Of a stretch of 53,854 nucleotides of DNA, positions 12,501-16,771 are shown in pieces. The position numbers and the translations under genes are program-made. The DNA comes from a virus, in IMG/VR virus record IMGVR_UViG_3300025941_000004, one strand, 5' to 3'. Numbering within the stretch: position 1 is the first letter of the stretch; each line of letters begins with the position of its first letter. Under the pieces are notes generated by a model that saw nothing but the letters and a program-made list of their open reading frames with translations, was not told the DNA's origin and did no database searches.

Positions 12501-14770
12501 CCGCGCAGCAGCTGCCCGTTCGCATCGACCTGGCCGGCATCCTCGATCTGGGTGATGACGAACGGCTGGTCGGTGTGCGGCGCGGAGTTCTTCAACGACT
12601 CCGACCTGGACGTGTTGATCGCGTCGACCACCTTGTTCACGCCTGCGACACCTGCGGTGAAGTCCGCAGCCCGGTCGTCGGCGTACTTGGTGAACGCAGC
12701 CTTCGCGGTCTCCCGCTCAAGCTTCCCCATCTGCGCCTTCGCACGCTTCTCCGTCGGCGTCATCGACGCCAACGCCTCATCGGAGAGCACCTCGCCACCG
12801 GTCTGGAAGTAGTGAGCGATCTTCACCTGACCGTCCAGCTTCTCGTCCGCCGTCGGGGAGTGGGCGTTGATGCCCAGACCCATCCCGACACCACCGGCAG
12901 CCCCGTAGAGCCCCGAGTTCACCATGTCCTGCATGCTGCCCACGCCGTGACCGTGGGAGTACGACTCGAGCGCAGACTGGATCACCTCCTCGGTGCCCTC
13001 GCCGAACCCGTTCACCAGCGCCGTGGTGAACCGCCGCTCACCCTGGGCCATCGACTGTGCGGCCCGGTAGAAGTCGTCGGCCTTCAACGCACCCTGGCCG
13101 ACCTCCTTCCCGCGCAACGCGATCACCCGCGTGCTCAGACTCGAGATCGCCTCGGACGGAGCCAGCAGGGAGATCGTGCGGTACCTCTTGCCGACCACCT
13201 GCCCGACATCGTCGGTGATGTACCGGTAGCCCGACTCGATCTCCTCCTTGCCGCCGGCCTCGAGCGCAGCCTTCTGCGCCGCAGTCCTTCCACCGGCCCA
13301 CGTCGGCAGCACATCACGGGCCACCGCCCTACCCGAGACAGCCGTACCGAGAGTGCCTACGGCTCCCGGTGCGGCGCCCATCTGGCTGAGCCCCGCAGCC
13401 TCACGACCAGCCCACGACTTCGTCAACAGCCCTCTGGCGAGACCGATCTGCGCCACATCGACACCGATCTTCGCAATCCCAGCCGCACCCTGGGACGGGC
13501 TGAAGTGCCCCGCCTCGTCCTTGAAGACGTTGTCGAACCCGCCCTTGTTGTAGTCGAACTGGGAGCCACCGGTCAGCGCCAGCTCCGCCGTCTCCCCTGC
13601 GACAGTGGAACCCATCTGTGCCATGTACAGCCCGCGACCGATCGGGGACGCGAACTGCAGCGCACCGTCACCGAGCGCAGCACCGACATCGGCCACCTTC
13701 ACCCACGCCGGCGTCGTCGACTTCCCGGACTTGTCGGTCCGGTAGAACGCCGACTCGCCATCACCCACATCACCCTGGGACCAGTCGTACAGCCCCTGCT
13801 CGGTGTTCTGCAGCGGGGAGATCAACCGGCCCGCGAAACCACCCCACTGCTGGACACCGGTCGAGATCCCGGCACCGGAGCCGTACTGGTCCGTGGACAG
13901 CGCCGTGATCTCGTACGCCCTCGCAGCCTGCTCCGTCAGACTGTCCTTGTTCAGGAACGCGCCGACGCCACCGACCAGCGCACCGATGCCGGCACCCACC
14001 GGGGCACCCACCGCAGCACCCACACCGAAGAACGTCGAGCCAATCGCCGCACCGACACCTGTACCCAACGCCGCGCCACCCGCGGCACCACCCAGGATGA
14101 TCGCCTCATCGGTCGTTCCCTCCTCGAACTGGTGCGCCGTGTCCTTCACGTCCGCGTTGAACTCCATCGCCTTCAGCTGCTGCGGGATCTCGACGTTGTC
14201 CTTCTCCCGCTGCGCCTGAACCTCACGACCCAGGTGCTGCAACGGGTCGGAGGCCGAGAACGCGTGCGCCTTCTGGTCCTTGCTCAACGTCCACGTGGAC
14301 ATCGCAAGGTTCGCGGTGTTCTCGTCGAACCCGCCGTCCTTCTTGTCGTACATGTTGGCGACCTTGTCGCCGTTGACGTAGACATCCCCGTACTTGAACT
14401 GCGTCCCATCGGTACCTGTGTGATCCCAGGTGACGATTCCCGTCGCATGCTCCTGCTCGAAGTACGTGTTCGCCGTCCCCTCCTCCAACGCCTTGTTCCA
14501 CTTGGACATGTAGTCACTCACGAACTGGTTGTCATACCCGTTGTTCGTGCCGTCGAAGTTCGCACCCGTGTACCAGGACTGCGCTGCACCCGTGTACCCG
14601 ATCTCCGGGTCCGTCACCCACGCACCCAGCTTGGACGAGTCGTACATCGGGACGCCGGCGGCCACACCACCACCGGCCCGCGCAGCCTGCTGCATCCCCT
14701 CGGGGGCAGCAGGGTTCTGAGACTGACCCAGCCACGGCTGCAACGCACTCGAGTCGTACTTGCCCACCAC
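575..14770 (-). CDS. Giant virion-operon protein (4,731 aa) with RNA-polymerase-like two-barrel motifs, an N-terminal glycine-zipper segment and C-terminal hydrophobic segments
   Basis: Uninterrupted 14,196-nt ORF in the track. GTG start at 14770 (or 14767) follows GAGGAG. G/C-rich third positions throughout. It sits between the membrane/collagen genes and the portal gene in one co-directional operon. Confidence 0.85.
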   Translation of the reverse strand: MVGKYDSSALQPWLGQSQNPAAPEGMQQAARAGGGVAAGVPMYDSSKLGAWVTDPEIGYTGAAQSWYTGANFDGTNNGYDNQFVSDYMSKWNKALEEGTANTYFEQEHATGIVTWDHTGTDGTQFKYGDVYVNGDKVANMYDKKDGGFDENTANLAMSTWTLSKDQKAHAFSASDPLQHLGREVQAQREKDNVEIPQQLKAMEFNADVKDTAHQFEEGTTDEAIILGGAAGGAALGTGVGAAIGSTFFGVGAAVGAPVGAGIGALVGGVGAFLNKDSLTEQAARAYEITALSTDQYGSGAGISTGVQQWGGFAGRLISPLQNTEQGLYDWSQGDVGDGESAFYRTDKSGKSTTPAWVKVADVGAALGDGALQFASPIGRGLYMAQMGSTVAGETAELALTGGSQFDYNKGGFDNVFKDEAGHFSPSQGAAGIAKIGVDVAQIGLARGLLTKSWAGREAAGLSQMGAAPGAVGTLGTAVSGRAVARDVLPTWAGGRTAAQKAALEAGGKEEIESGYRYITDDVGQVVGKRYRTISLLAPSEAISSLSTRVIALRGKEVGQGALKADDFYRAAQSMAQGERRFTTALVNGFGEGTEEVIQSALESYSHGHGVGSMQDMVNSGLYGAAGGVGMGLGINAHSPTADEKLDGQVKIAHYFQTGGEVLSDEALASMTPTEKRAKAQMGKLERETAKAAFTKYADDRAADFTAGVAGVNKVVDAINTSRSESLKNSAPHTDQPFVITQIEDAGQVDANGQLLRGSVPSDAVVSSGAQLMRNFGNRMRGITEQLTLLKNNEVLKQADLDKKPADEGLQNDLAKIQQQTKQINEMIRLGQALGAEIDDRVGRMYDPNASVAARAAETEGLNQFLRDAFNRRAGDVNGVPVTTDEERMALARAVSQVVTRDPQDQSGSYQVLVPQASLKLTVSNSDNVLEISHAILPAIRGDYDGDKIRTQNQLLLDEDMFVSARAGMHFLGAGTSVNVKAPKYEKWVVQYIQEALTSTEPALVNAATGAMTSVTEAIRNRYEAIIGDEILDPVFAKFFAAVRTGDGDARSVLMDGLLEVADGPINTFARGNLSNEWLWMDQLVRAQFQAFQEDYASYRAMLGPTPGTVKKGRPVKRVSEARERRAARSATTGQTIGNWLAGDLMFRKFQKLHYTSLSASVQSSANPTQRAELYALASEYELLSAMATQSELDRVHGVDEITARVIAQLKALADNATDLDPALSQTQAMAVVANVAVLDYDIDSDGNVTTTGREITLAQMLLKQELRRDRVAKDAIFEISPELQAKHARLRAMTKPDGQGVKGSGLNAQRAFVEVFGAFQLFTLIGDAAGLMGPHISVEQYVRFYTAKDEGERKSEDYKLKNEAAYLGRESAANMPYSVAEVAAGDVSPYRSVIDSIISVGHNRITLDKKIATGNDYNAHHLNGEFSDAHYRASEAFKNSHKDVREALFKFSELSGRRVDELTLDMVQRMLDQNPTFAEKVMALIPDAAANAVFERRGDDLYIANWVYKMFTITNADEAEMHYWRNVMLAQWESLGMHARTEKDADGHQGRRYNKLERRMFKIMYDLSPQMQQDGGLLMTKFMHELQNAKNLEQFLRWVNTTPGIRGNQAPIVGWYDDSAAFDADKANGGWSTGMKGVTQREAIASLEVGAQYLKKDLVEEQNIQRSDNQVYLAIERVLKSDAGAPNVTATTEDRRLYDAFVASLKNSREMNVGLGPQAMMYQVIGAVRGFYPKAHTKGENPDNVDPAGAFDAQRDAYDYVTNYERFKASMTAVNLDAISGNMSQLAKDGVVTMDDDGRQVEWEMPVDSEGNPTAESVAKALALFSNPDTRPMARSVLFPQVMERGPEGRLTTQMLVGKDLKSLLEGDHYKKMFAHDNSIDNDSAMRYCAMLEATARNHKGHFSVQRIVNDIVIAETSGANHTLSTSEIERAAQRAFRTVAKIVQDAAAIASVPDGTGDATLKQVMSEVHAARRIQRTAGLLGFGARPGEDVKEAAARFAYTDLALDQLVAQRRGEMNDEITQIEAKLVPGLDIHEVEKIERETLGARADLEKFEARVELLRSDDPAGQAVDMFSFHSDPLTETDRQREIIQYIMSAPDKFRRKSQSTIQIMMKLSGQLEDKSRSGQVDLSASEWNHLSRATITVFLDDIVSMGSGGISVSPYPDATRPDNTRYYDTSYAYLADTLLDPTKPLLLAGRDMHRWAGLQGDIPPSPTELKKTIELNLYPDFRYGPWTGDIPRASIEANQRLDSAAAKPVIGMTGNAPKRQAAKSAATRRTFRVPGAELLSKVTLQASDLNRSLFDDVEVTHPGDRAVARPLAQLNNRFAARVMLRHYQPGTYLDATPIDLLASDLNLGHVFHTNDNAVASGYKEIHLDRLKVALEASGVDPSDVAGIDIEFFHPDMQPVETQEESDKGRTWYNNLFFEGTSFKRDSDRAESLNATLWFTEGSINPVMQAWGLDASKLGRSAIEVIETMTHAERKAIENDWATDLSHVLRMKTQEMLTKQLGLGDPEKGSKGMLEPEFYNAVYKDMKLQHLVVGKAQGTGDRLVWTAEQVIAWQQANPGVALPIDDAKLYMPSDTVLNSMLGEQGTQGATRVFDDVLSADLSQVPAYRGVSTKMLENFKHGLNGESKPLPETRIANRARQQTLQTRAYLDEKTRNAYEAKIRYLAEKREEIWDDRANYNGQTGEGGWNPRTNLGRALQTADLMLRAENISMDWTAGGLPFFGSRKNKDMELSKMLLHELEAALEVKGSRSGWIFREDQASDANAGLISGVTLSTSSGAKRIAPGDLVVVELDSFRGNAAKMRERLDYIADQGATIVLGATDGEADMRVEATQFMESIDYIRMAGSGHVYQPAITTPRFQNQRALISSLTATRGVSPRSHLAIFNVQGLNVEEGSLWVDFKNPRLHAIAETLNLVPTNYLAGFNVPVDEMTDDRIHKTQITRVRNQVLGFKNDPEGRQMLRDMAHGPETEQGKKLTPAERAHLDTEFDFYFDRMIDRLELHAGSVLPQAGDDFGTGDMIPLVGPGDTVLLYRHGHEAPDWDKVMTQKRVTRPAKHEPANMAVFSSTRNPNATSHTGTVVEFNPRSNYGLSVRLEIDLQVLGDKKVLEWNGQKYELTARPDRIQFPTYQGKEHGFLTNWDIDGVGSLDDAMSKESTDGMIVDHQSAFKFLGIDFTDDVATFLGVDATTAVDFLKLIAAQAPRIQVTAADEILNSERITEALRSQLDGFALTNAETVDPSWVDNMADPASVEAKIATSMIVYLMTPGARVGDVLKSGGFNDRTSSIDHKSVEMPILFTQVFDNSGLDSDLRNEINERINSQFYNPNQDGTGYSMSKSWRFESRHADPRKNQVGVLQFAEAHSAGDNPVINGMSFDEATRSNVSQHSAAIAYQATGALTAHSYEVAKAQLFSSTTIEPHARDTEDGGLWRMLTGIPFEDRRAGSFWKAASPAEAERIDLARDAIIQDRVEIKQLDENGWTATQRTEYNAAAVSVMQTLGLDPLQVKLVDYWVRQTLGMPHGTDANGDDVGKVSGSAAIEAVKDIAWNVNHNYLPVVGAEVPLLHVHDLQAIFRANQHRSPQWQPKAGLEDNNIKAGTWDEWVKTSLGGAFTSDHLFDPLYLLALDGYMHTYQSATRDLLDLPVSMDVLVTQNLMDETTNRLFVSVSDEQQLIATDPVTLDLQRASLDNLIGGQRVSGRLVAKAAPVSEVAKRRDARRKWRKENGIPLPLDVSMKDFLKNGGTFTDRATTVNGLYRALINLRVGTALLNPQLYVSMGPEQFVRGVLDRTANLLTMQSTAVSVGRKGQVKGLAGRQARLTERLADTTLGAGLSRLGLEAAYRPDQLVKLNKLYTVMGQRNDFKSMVYKELFFLRPHEPGVGKAERWLENYAKLGTKVQDPTWGTRANTLARRYMEAALSHIMATPTMNQLSVDRLIAEMATSPQFLKQNFPTAHEAGMNSVAQLRSLKPTPLSLTLRGIYEPLSESPNMGLAFLGNVVLKMPMLFSGYAVNVATTILGLQGLSDMTAMFLEGRKKGPNSLFGRVSAKIRGVQFDPEMDATFDMSSVLEGVDLSRSFIRGSLTHTGLFAFGMMAGGLGLSGEDDETKKRRRLAALQGAPVIYDPRRIENDFRNADAMFVDWLPPGIASMFRVTTDEAPGGARSMVQLNWVLKQFISPIMGMEKFYETGDFRNVGWGFEDALGAFPLINANTWDDAFQTAAELAQMADDQSKLGGAHNMPIAAGFLTNAVGVYEKMLFENAFINQIYVARDEYDRDPFVLPLRNASRELQGDAEGNPRPQNLSMESYIDPETGQIKQGYQTRSDSEATLHAFTENRFSLAVMSSLFAKMTGGTPDYFRTQMPEKLREIEKQPMTKQRAEAIVRSLSQAAGGTEALSLDELIYKIKGDAMASKNWNVYNNADKIARANYHPEMLEPLSVLDAQGHEVLTKAGARGIYQGLAKGSVKIGDDSLQGIFIPRDMRVQIQKEWTEELIQEGVDMGLDQTKATSRMKRIWYGPLSNPDALGIGDILWHKDISYDKSVVYKQLNTTYVMGPDGRPWATGFKRAGVLGAFGLKPYQEAYVSEQSATGNDSLLNTTDLVNGMNTGLRALQLVDKSSYIPTDVEIGKSIEKAIADAANKTYTPQQPYSNSNGNGYSRFPYHRYSGYGRRSYGGGGYSSSGYSQYNKMYALPGARAPFGDDIPFINTSSPFIRREDIHRERVWSERGRLKQWQ
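710..850 (-). other. Tyr/Gly/Ser/Arg-rich low-complexity C-terminal tail of the giant protein
   Basis: Translation NGNGYSRFPYHRYSGYGRRSYGGGGYSSSGYSQYNKMY. The plus strand shows gtagcc/gtagct repeats. Confidence 0.8.
2468..2812 (-). other. C-terminal hydrophobic (possible membrane-inserting) segments of the giant protein
   Basis: GLFAFGMMAGGLGLSG followed by EDDETKKRRR (2468-2515). MGLAFLGNVVLKMPMLFSGYAVNVATTILGLQGL (about 2700-2812). Confidence 0.55.
11891..12088 (-). other. Beta-prime-like barrel segment with DYDGD motif (codons 11933-11947, residues 942-946)
   Basis: VVTRDPQDQSGSYQVLVPQ...NVLEISHAILPAIRGDYDGDKI parallels bacterial beta-prime LNRAPTLHRLGIQAF...[21 protein letters not shown]. 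Reverse complement of 11933-11947 checked as GAC TAC GAC GGC GAC. Confidence 0.6.
13151..13192 (-). other. Beta-subunit-like basic loop GKRYRTISLLAPSE (residues 527-540)
   Basis: Resembles beta-barrel [17 protein letters not shown] (G, basic pair, I-S, then P and E at the same offsets). Short match only. Confidence 0.35.
13952..14101 (-). other. Glycine-zipper / Ala-Gly-rich hydrophobic segment of the giant protein (residues about 224-273)
   Basis: ILGGAAGGAALGTGVGAAIGSTFFGVGAAVGAPVGAGIGALVGGVGAF. Confidence 0.7.
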
Positions 14771-14774
14771 TACT

Positions 14775-14804
14775 CCTCAGGCATCGGGGAAGCTGAGCCT
14801 GAGG
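14775..14804 (-). promoter_or_regulatory. 8-bp GC-rich hairpin overlapping the Shine-Dalgarno of the giant gene
   Basis: mRNA sense reads CCTCAGGC-(14 nt)-GCCTGAGG-AGTA-GTG. The 3-prime arm contains GAGG of the GAGGAG ribosome-binding site. Confidence 0.4.
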
Positions 14805-14811
14805 CTACTCG

Positions 14812-15291
14812 TCAATCAGCCACACAGACACTGACCGTCACATCCGTGTCGACCGGCGAACGCTGATGCAACGCAACAACCGCCACATGGAAGCCGGTCG
14901 GACAGATCGGACCAGCCGGACCCGGTATCCCCTGCTCACCGGTTCTACCGGTGCGACCGGGCCGTCCCGGCTTCCCCCTGAAGCCAGGACGACCCTGACG
15001 ACCCGCTGGTCCAGGCGCCCCCCGCACGCCTGGGCTACCGTTGACGCCGTCCACACCGTCGCGACCCGGATTCCCCGTACGGCCAACGCGACCCTGCGGA
15101 CCCTGGGGACCCTGCCGGCCACGCTCCCCCTGCTGGCCGGCAGGCCCTTGCGGTCCCGGTACTGAGACGACCGTAGTCACCTTCTGTGACGCAGGTTCAG
15201 AGGCTTCAGTCCCGACCATCGCAGCACCGAACGCCAAGACTGCCAGGGCACCGGCTGCGATGTAGCCGAACGGGGAACGCGTGAGGATCAC
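14812..15291 (-). CDS. Membrane-anchored collagen-like protein (159 aa)
   Basis: N-terminal hydrophobic helix FGYIAAGALAVLAFGAAMV, then about 30 G-X-Y triplets (GPQGPAGQQGERGRQGPQGPQGRVGRTGNPGRDG...). GTGA start/stop overlap with the upstream gene. Confidence 0.8.
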   Translation of the reverse strand: MILTRSPFGYIAAGALAVLAFGAAMVGTEASEPASQKVTTVVSVPGPQGPAGQQGERGRQGPQGPQGRVGRTGNPGRDGVDGVNGSPGVRGAPGPAGRQGRPGFRGKPGRPGRTGRTGEQGIPGPAGPICPTGFHVAVVALHQRSPVDTDVTVSVCVAD

Positions 15292-15557
15292 TTCTCGTCC
15301 TCCTTCTTGTGCTTCGCATCCGAGTTGTAGTCCGTACGCCCAGCCAGGAAGCCAGCCAGCAACCCGATCAGCGTGGACAGCACCTCGGTGATCTGCCTCG
15401 ACGCAGACGAGGTGTCCACACTCGGATTCACGATCTCCACCACCACGATCGTGCCCATCGTGCCCACCACCATCAGGCAGATCGTCACAGCGATCATCAG
15501 CACCATCAGGTCACCCGTGCTGCGATCCCTCAACCTGGGACGATCCCGACGATCCAT
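15288..15557 (-). CDS. Small membrane protein with two predicted TMDs (89 aa), first gene of the virion operon
   Basis: ATG at 15557 preceded by GGGAGG. Hydrophobic LMVLMIAVTICLMVVGTMGTIVVV and VLSTLIGLLAGFLAG. Confidence 0.7.
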   Translation of the reverse strand: MDRRDRPRLRDRSTGDLMVLMIAVTICLMVVGTMGTIVVVEIVNPSVDTSSASRQITEVLSTLIGLLAGFLAGRTDYNSDAKHKKEDEK

Positions 15558-15740
15558 GCGCTCAGCCTCCCACCTACACGGCTCTCACGGCTCACCCGCA
15601 GGAGCCCAGGCCGTCACAAGGCTTCCAGCCCTCTCCTGGTGTCGCACAAGCGTCGAAGCTCGAAGGCGATTCCGTCGAAACCCCAAACTCCGTGCATCTG
15701 GAGCTGCATCTGGAACACGGGAAAAGTTTGCGGGAGGTTC

Positions 15741-15900
15741 CAATATAAACAACATAAACAAAAGAAACAATCTATTCCCCCTTATTATATATATATATGG
15801 GTATTAGGATCCATTTGGAATGTAATAAGTGAAACATTTGTTTCGTTTGGTTGATTTCTTTTTGGTTGGTTATCACAGTGGTAACTGATGTCTCATGTGA
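15741..15900. promoter_or_regulatory. AT-rich island with phased A-tracts and a (TA)6 run. Candidate divergent promoter region, DNA-unwinding element or genome end.
   Basis: My hand count gives 48 G+C in 160 nt (about 30%) in an otherwise GC-rich genome. ATAAACAA-like units at 15744, 15754 and 15764 (10-bp phase). TATATATATATAT at 15786-15798. Confidence 0.5.
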
Positions 15901-15913
15901 CTTAGGAGTCAAC

Positions 15914-16147
15914 ATGGATTTTGGAGATGCGCTCAAGGCTAGCGTTATCGCTGGCATGGATCCCATGAATGGGATGATGCGCTCGCTGATGGCGTCGACT
16001 ATTCGTGAGAAGTCGGTTGTTGTCGATGGTCAGGTCATGGACAACATGGATCGGTTGCGTAAGGCAATCGAGGAGATGAAGTCTGCTGGTTCGGACCAGA
16101 AGATCATCGACGCTTATCAGCGTATGCTGGACAACTACACGAAGTAG
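15914..16147 (+). CDS. Hypothetical Met-rich small protein (77 aa), low-GC gene
   Basis: AGGAG at 15904-15908, ATG at 15914. Translation MDFGDALKASVIAGMDPMNGMMRSLMAS... Confidence 0.6.
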   Translation: MDFGDALKASVIAGMDPMNGMMRSLMASTIREKSVVVDGQVMDNMDRLRKAIEEMKSAGSDQKIIDAYQRMLDNYTK

Positions 16148-16161
16148 TTGGGATCGAGTGT

Positions 16162-16198
16162 GGCTTCCAGCTTATGCTGGGAGTCATGCTCTTTTTTT
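16162..16198 (+). terminator. Candidate terminator after the 77-aa gene
   Basis: 10-bp stem (two G-U pairs) GGCTTCCAGC-TTAT-GCTGGGAGTC. A T7 run at 16192-16198 lies 6 nt downstream. Confidence 0.4.
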
Positions 16199-16223
16199 CA
16201 CAATGCGTATGCGTTGATGAGAA

Positions 16224-16243
16224 GACACAACATGACACAACAT
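16224..16243. repeat. Tandem direct repeat GACACAACAT x2
   Basis: Read directly at 16224-16233 and 16234-16243. Confidence 0.9.
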
Positions 16244-16346
16244 ACTTTCACCTAGTCTCGTGACGTTTGCGCCCAGGCTACTGGGCGAGGGATTGTCACA
16301 AGACAAGGTGTGCATGCGCAATGTGGTTGTTAGAGCATGACGGATT

Positions 16347-16408
16347 TTATGACACAGTCATAATGTGGTTTGCCACGCTCGATCATATTCTTATCGCAAT
16401 GCATTGCG
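16347..16408. promoter_or_regulatory. Two perfect palindromes in the non-coding leader: TTATGAC-ACA-GTCATAA (16347-16363) and CGCAATGCATTGCG (16395-16408)
   Basis: Read directly. A related CAATGCG-TAT-GCGTTG lies at 16201-16216. Confidence 0.6.
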
Positions 16409-16492
16409 TATCAGCATTGTCACAGCGGTAGCTGTGTCTCGAGCTGTGCTCGGTTCACTGGGCAGCGAGGGCACCGAGCTGATTGGGCCGGC

Positions 16493-16715
16493 GGTGTGTA
16501 GACACCTGGTGTAGTCACCCTGTGTACAACTGCATCTGTGCAGGTCAGGCGGTGCATGTGGTGTGTAGACACCTTCTCGTATCTAACCTCATCCCTAGGT
16601 GTATGTTGTACACCTTCTGGTGAGATTGGTATGTGAAGGCTGTCTACATGCACCATGTGCCGTCTGACCTGCACGTTTGCAGTTGTACACAGGGTGTCTA
16701 CATGGGGTGTCTACA
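16493..16715. promoter_or_regulatory. Motif array A: 9-mer TGTAGACAC / GTGTCTACA, 4 perfect and 2 one-mismatch copies, sorted by orientation
   Basis: TGTAGACAC at 16497 and 16564, each inside the 15-mer GGTGTGTAGACACCT. TGTAGTCAC at 16510. CTGTCTACA at 16640. GTGTCTACA at 16694 and 16707 (GGGTGTCTACAT x2, 13-bp period). The array ends 57 nt before the RHH gene ATG. Confidence 0.75.
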
Positions 16716-16771
16716 TCCCTGTTTGCCGGCGATTCATTGCAGCATTCGTACACATCGTGTACGTTGTGTCC

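Noticed and set aside
16655-16771. Upstream start for the RHH gene (track ORF 16655..17128)
   Set aside because: The extra 39 codons translate array A (…VHRVSTWGVYIP…). The RHH strand begins right after the internal Met at 16772.
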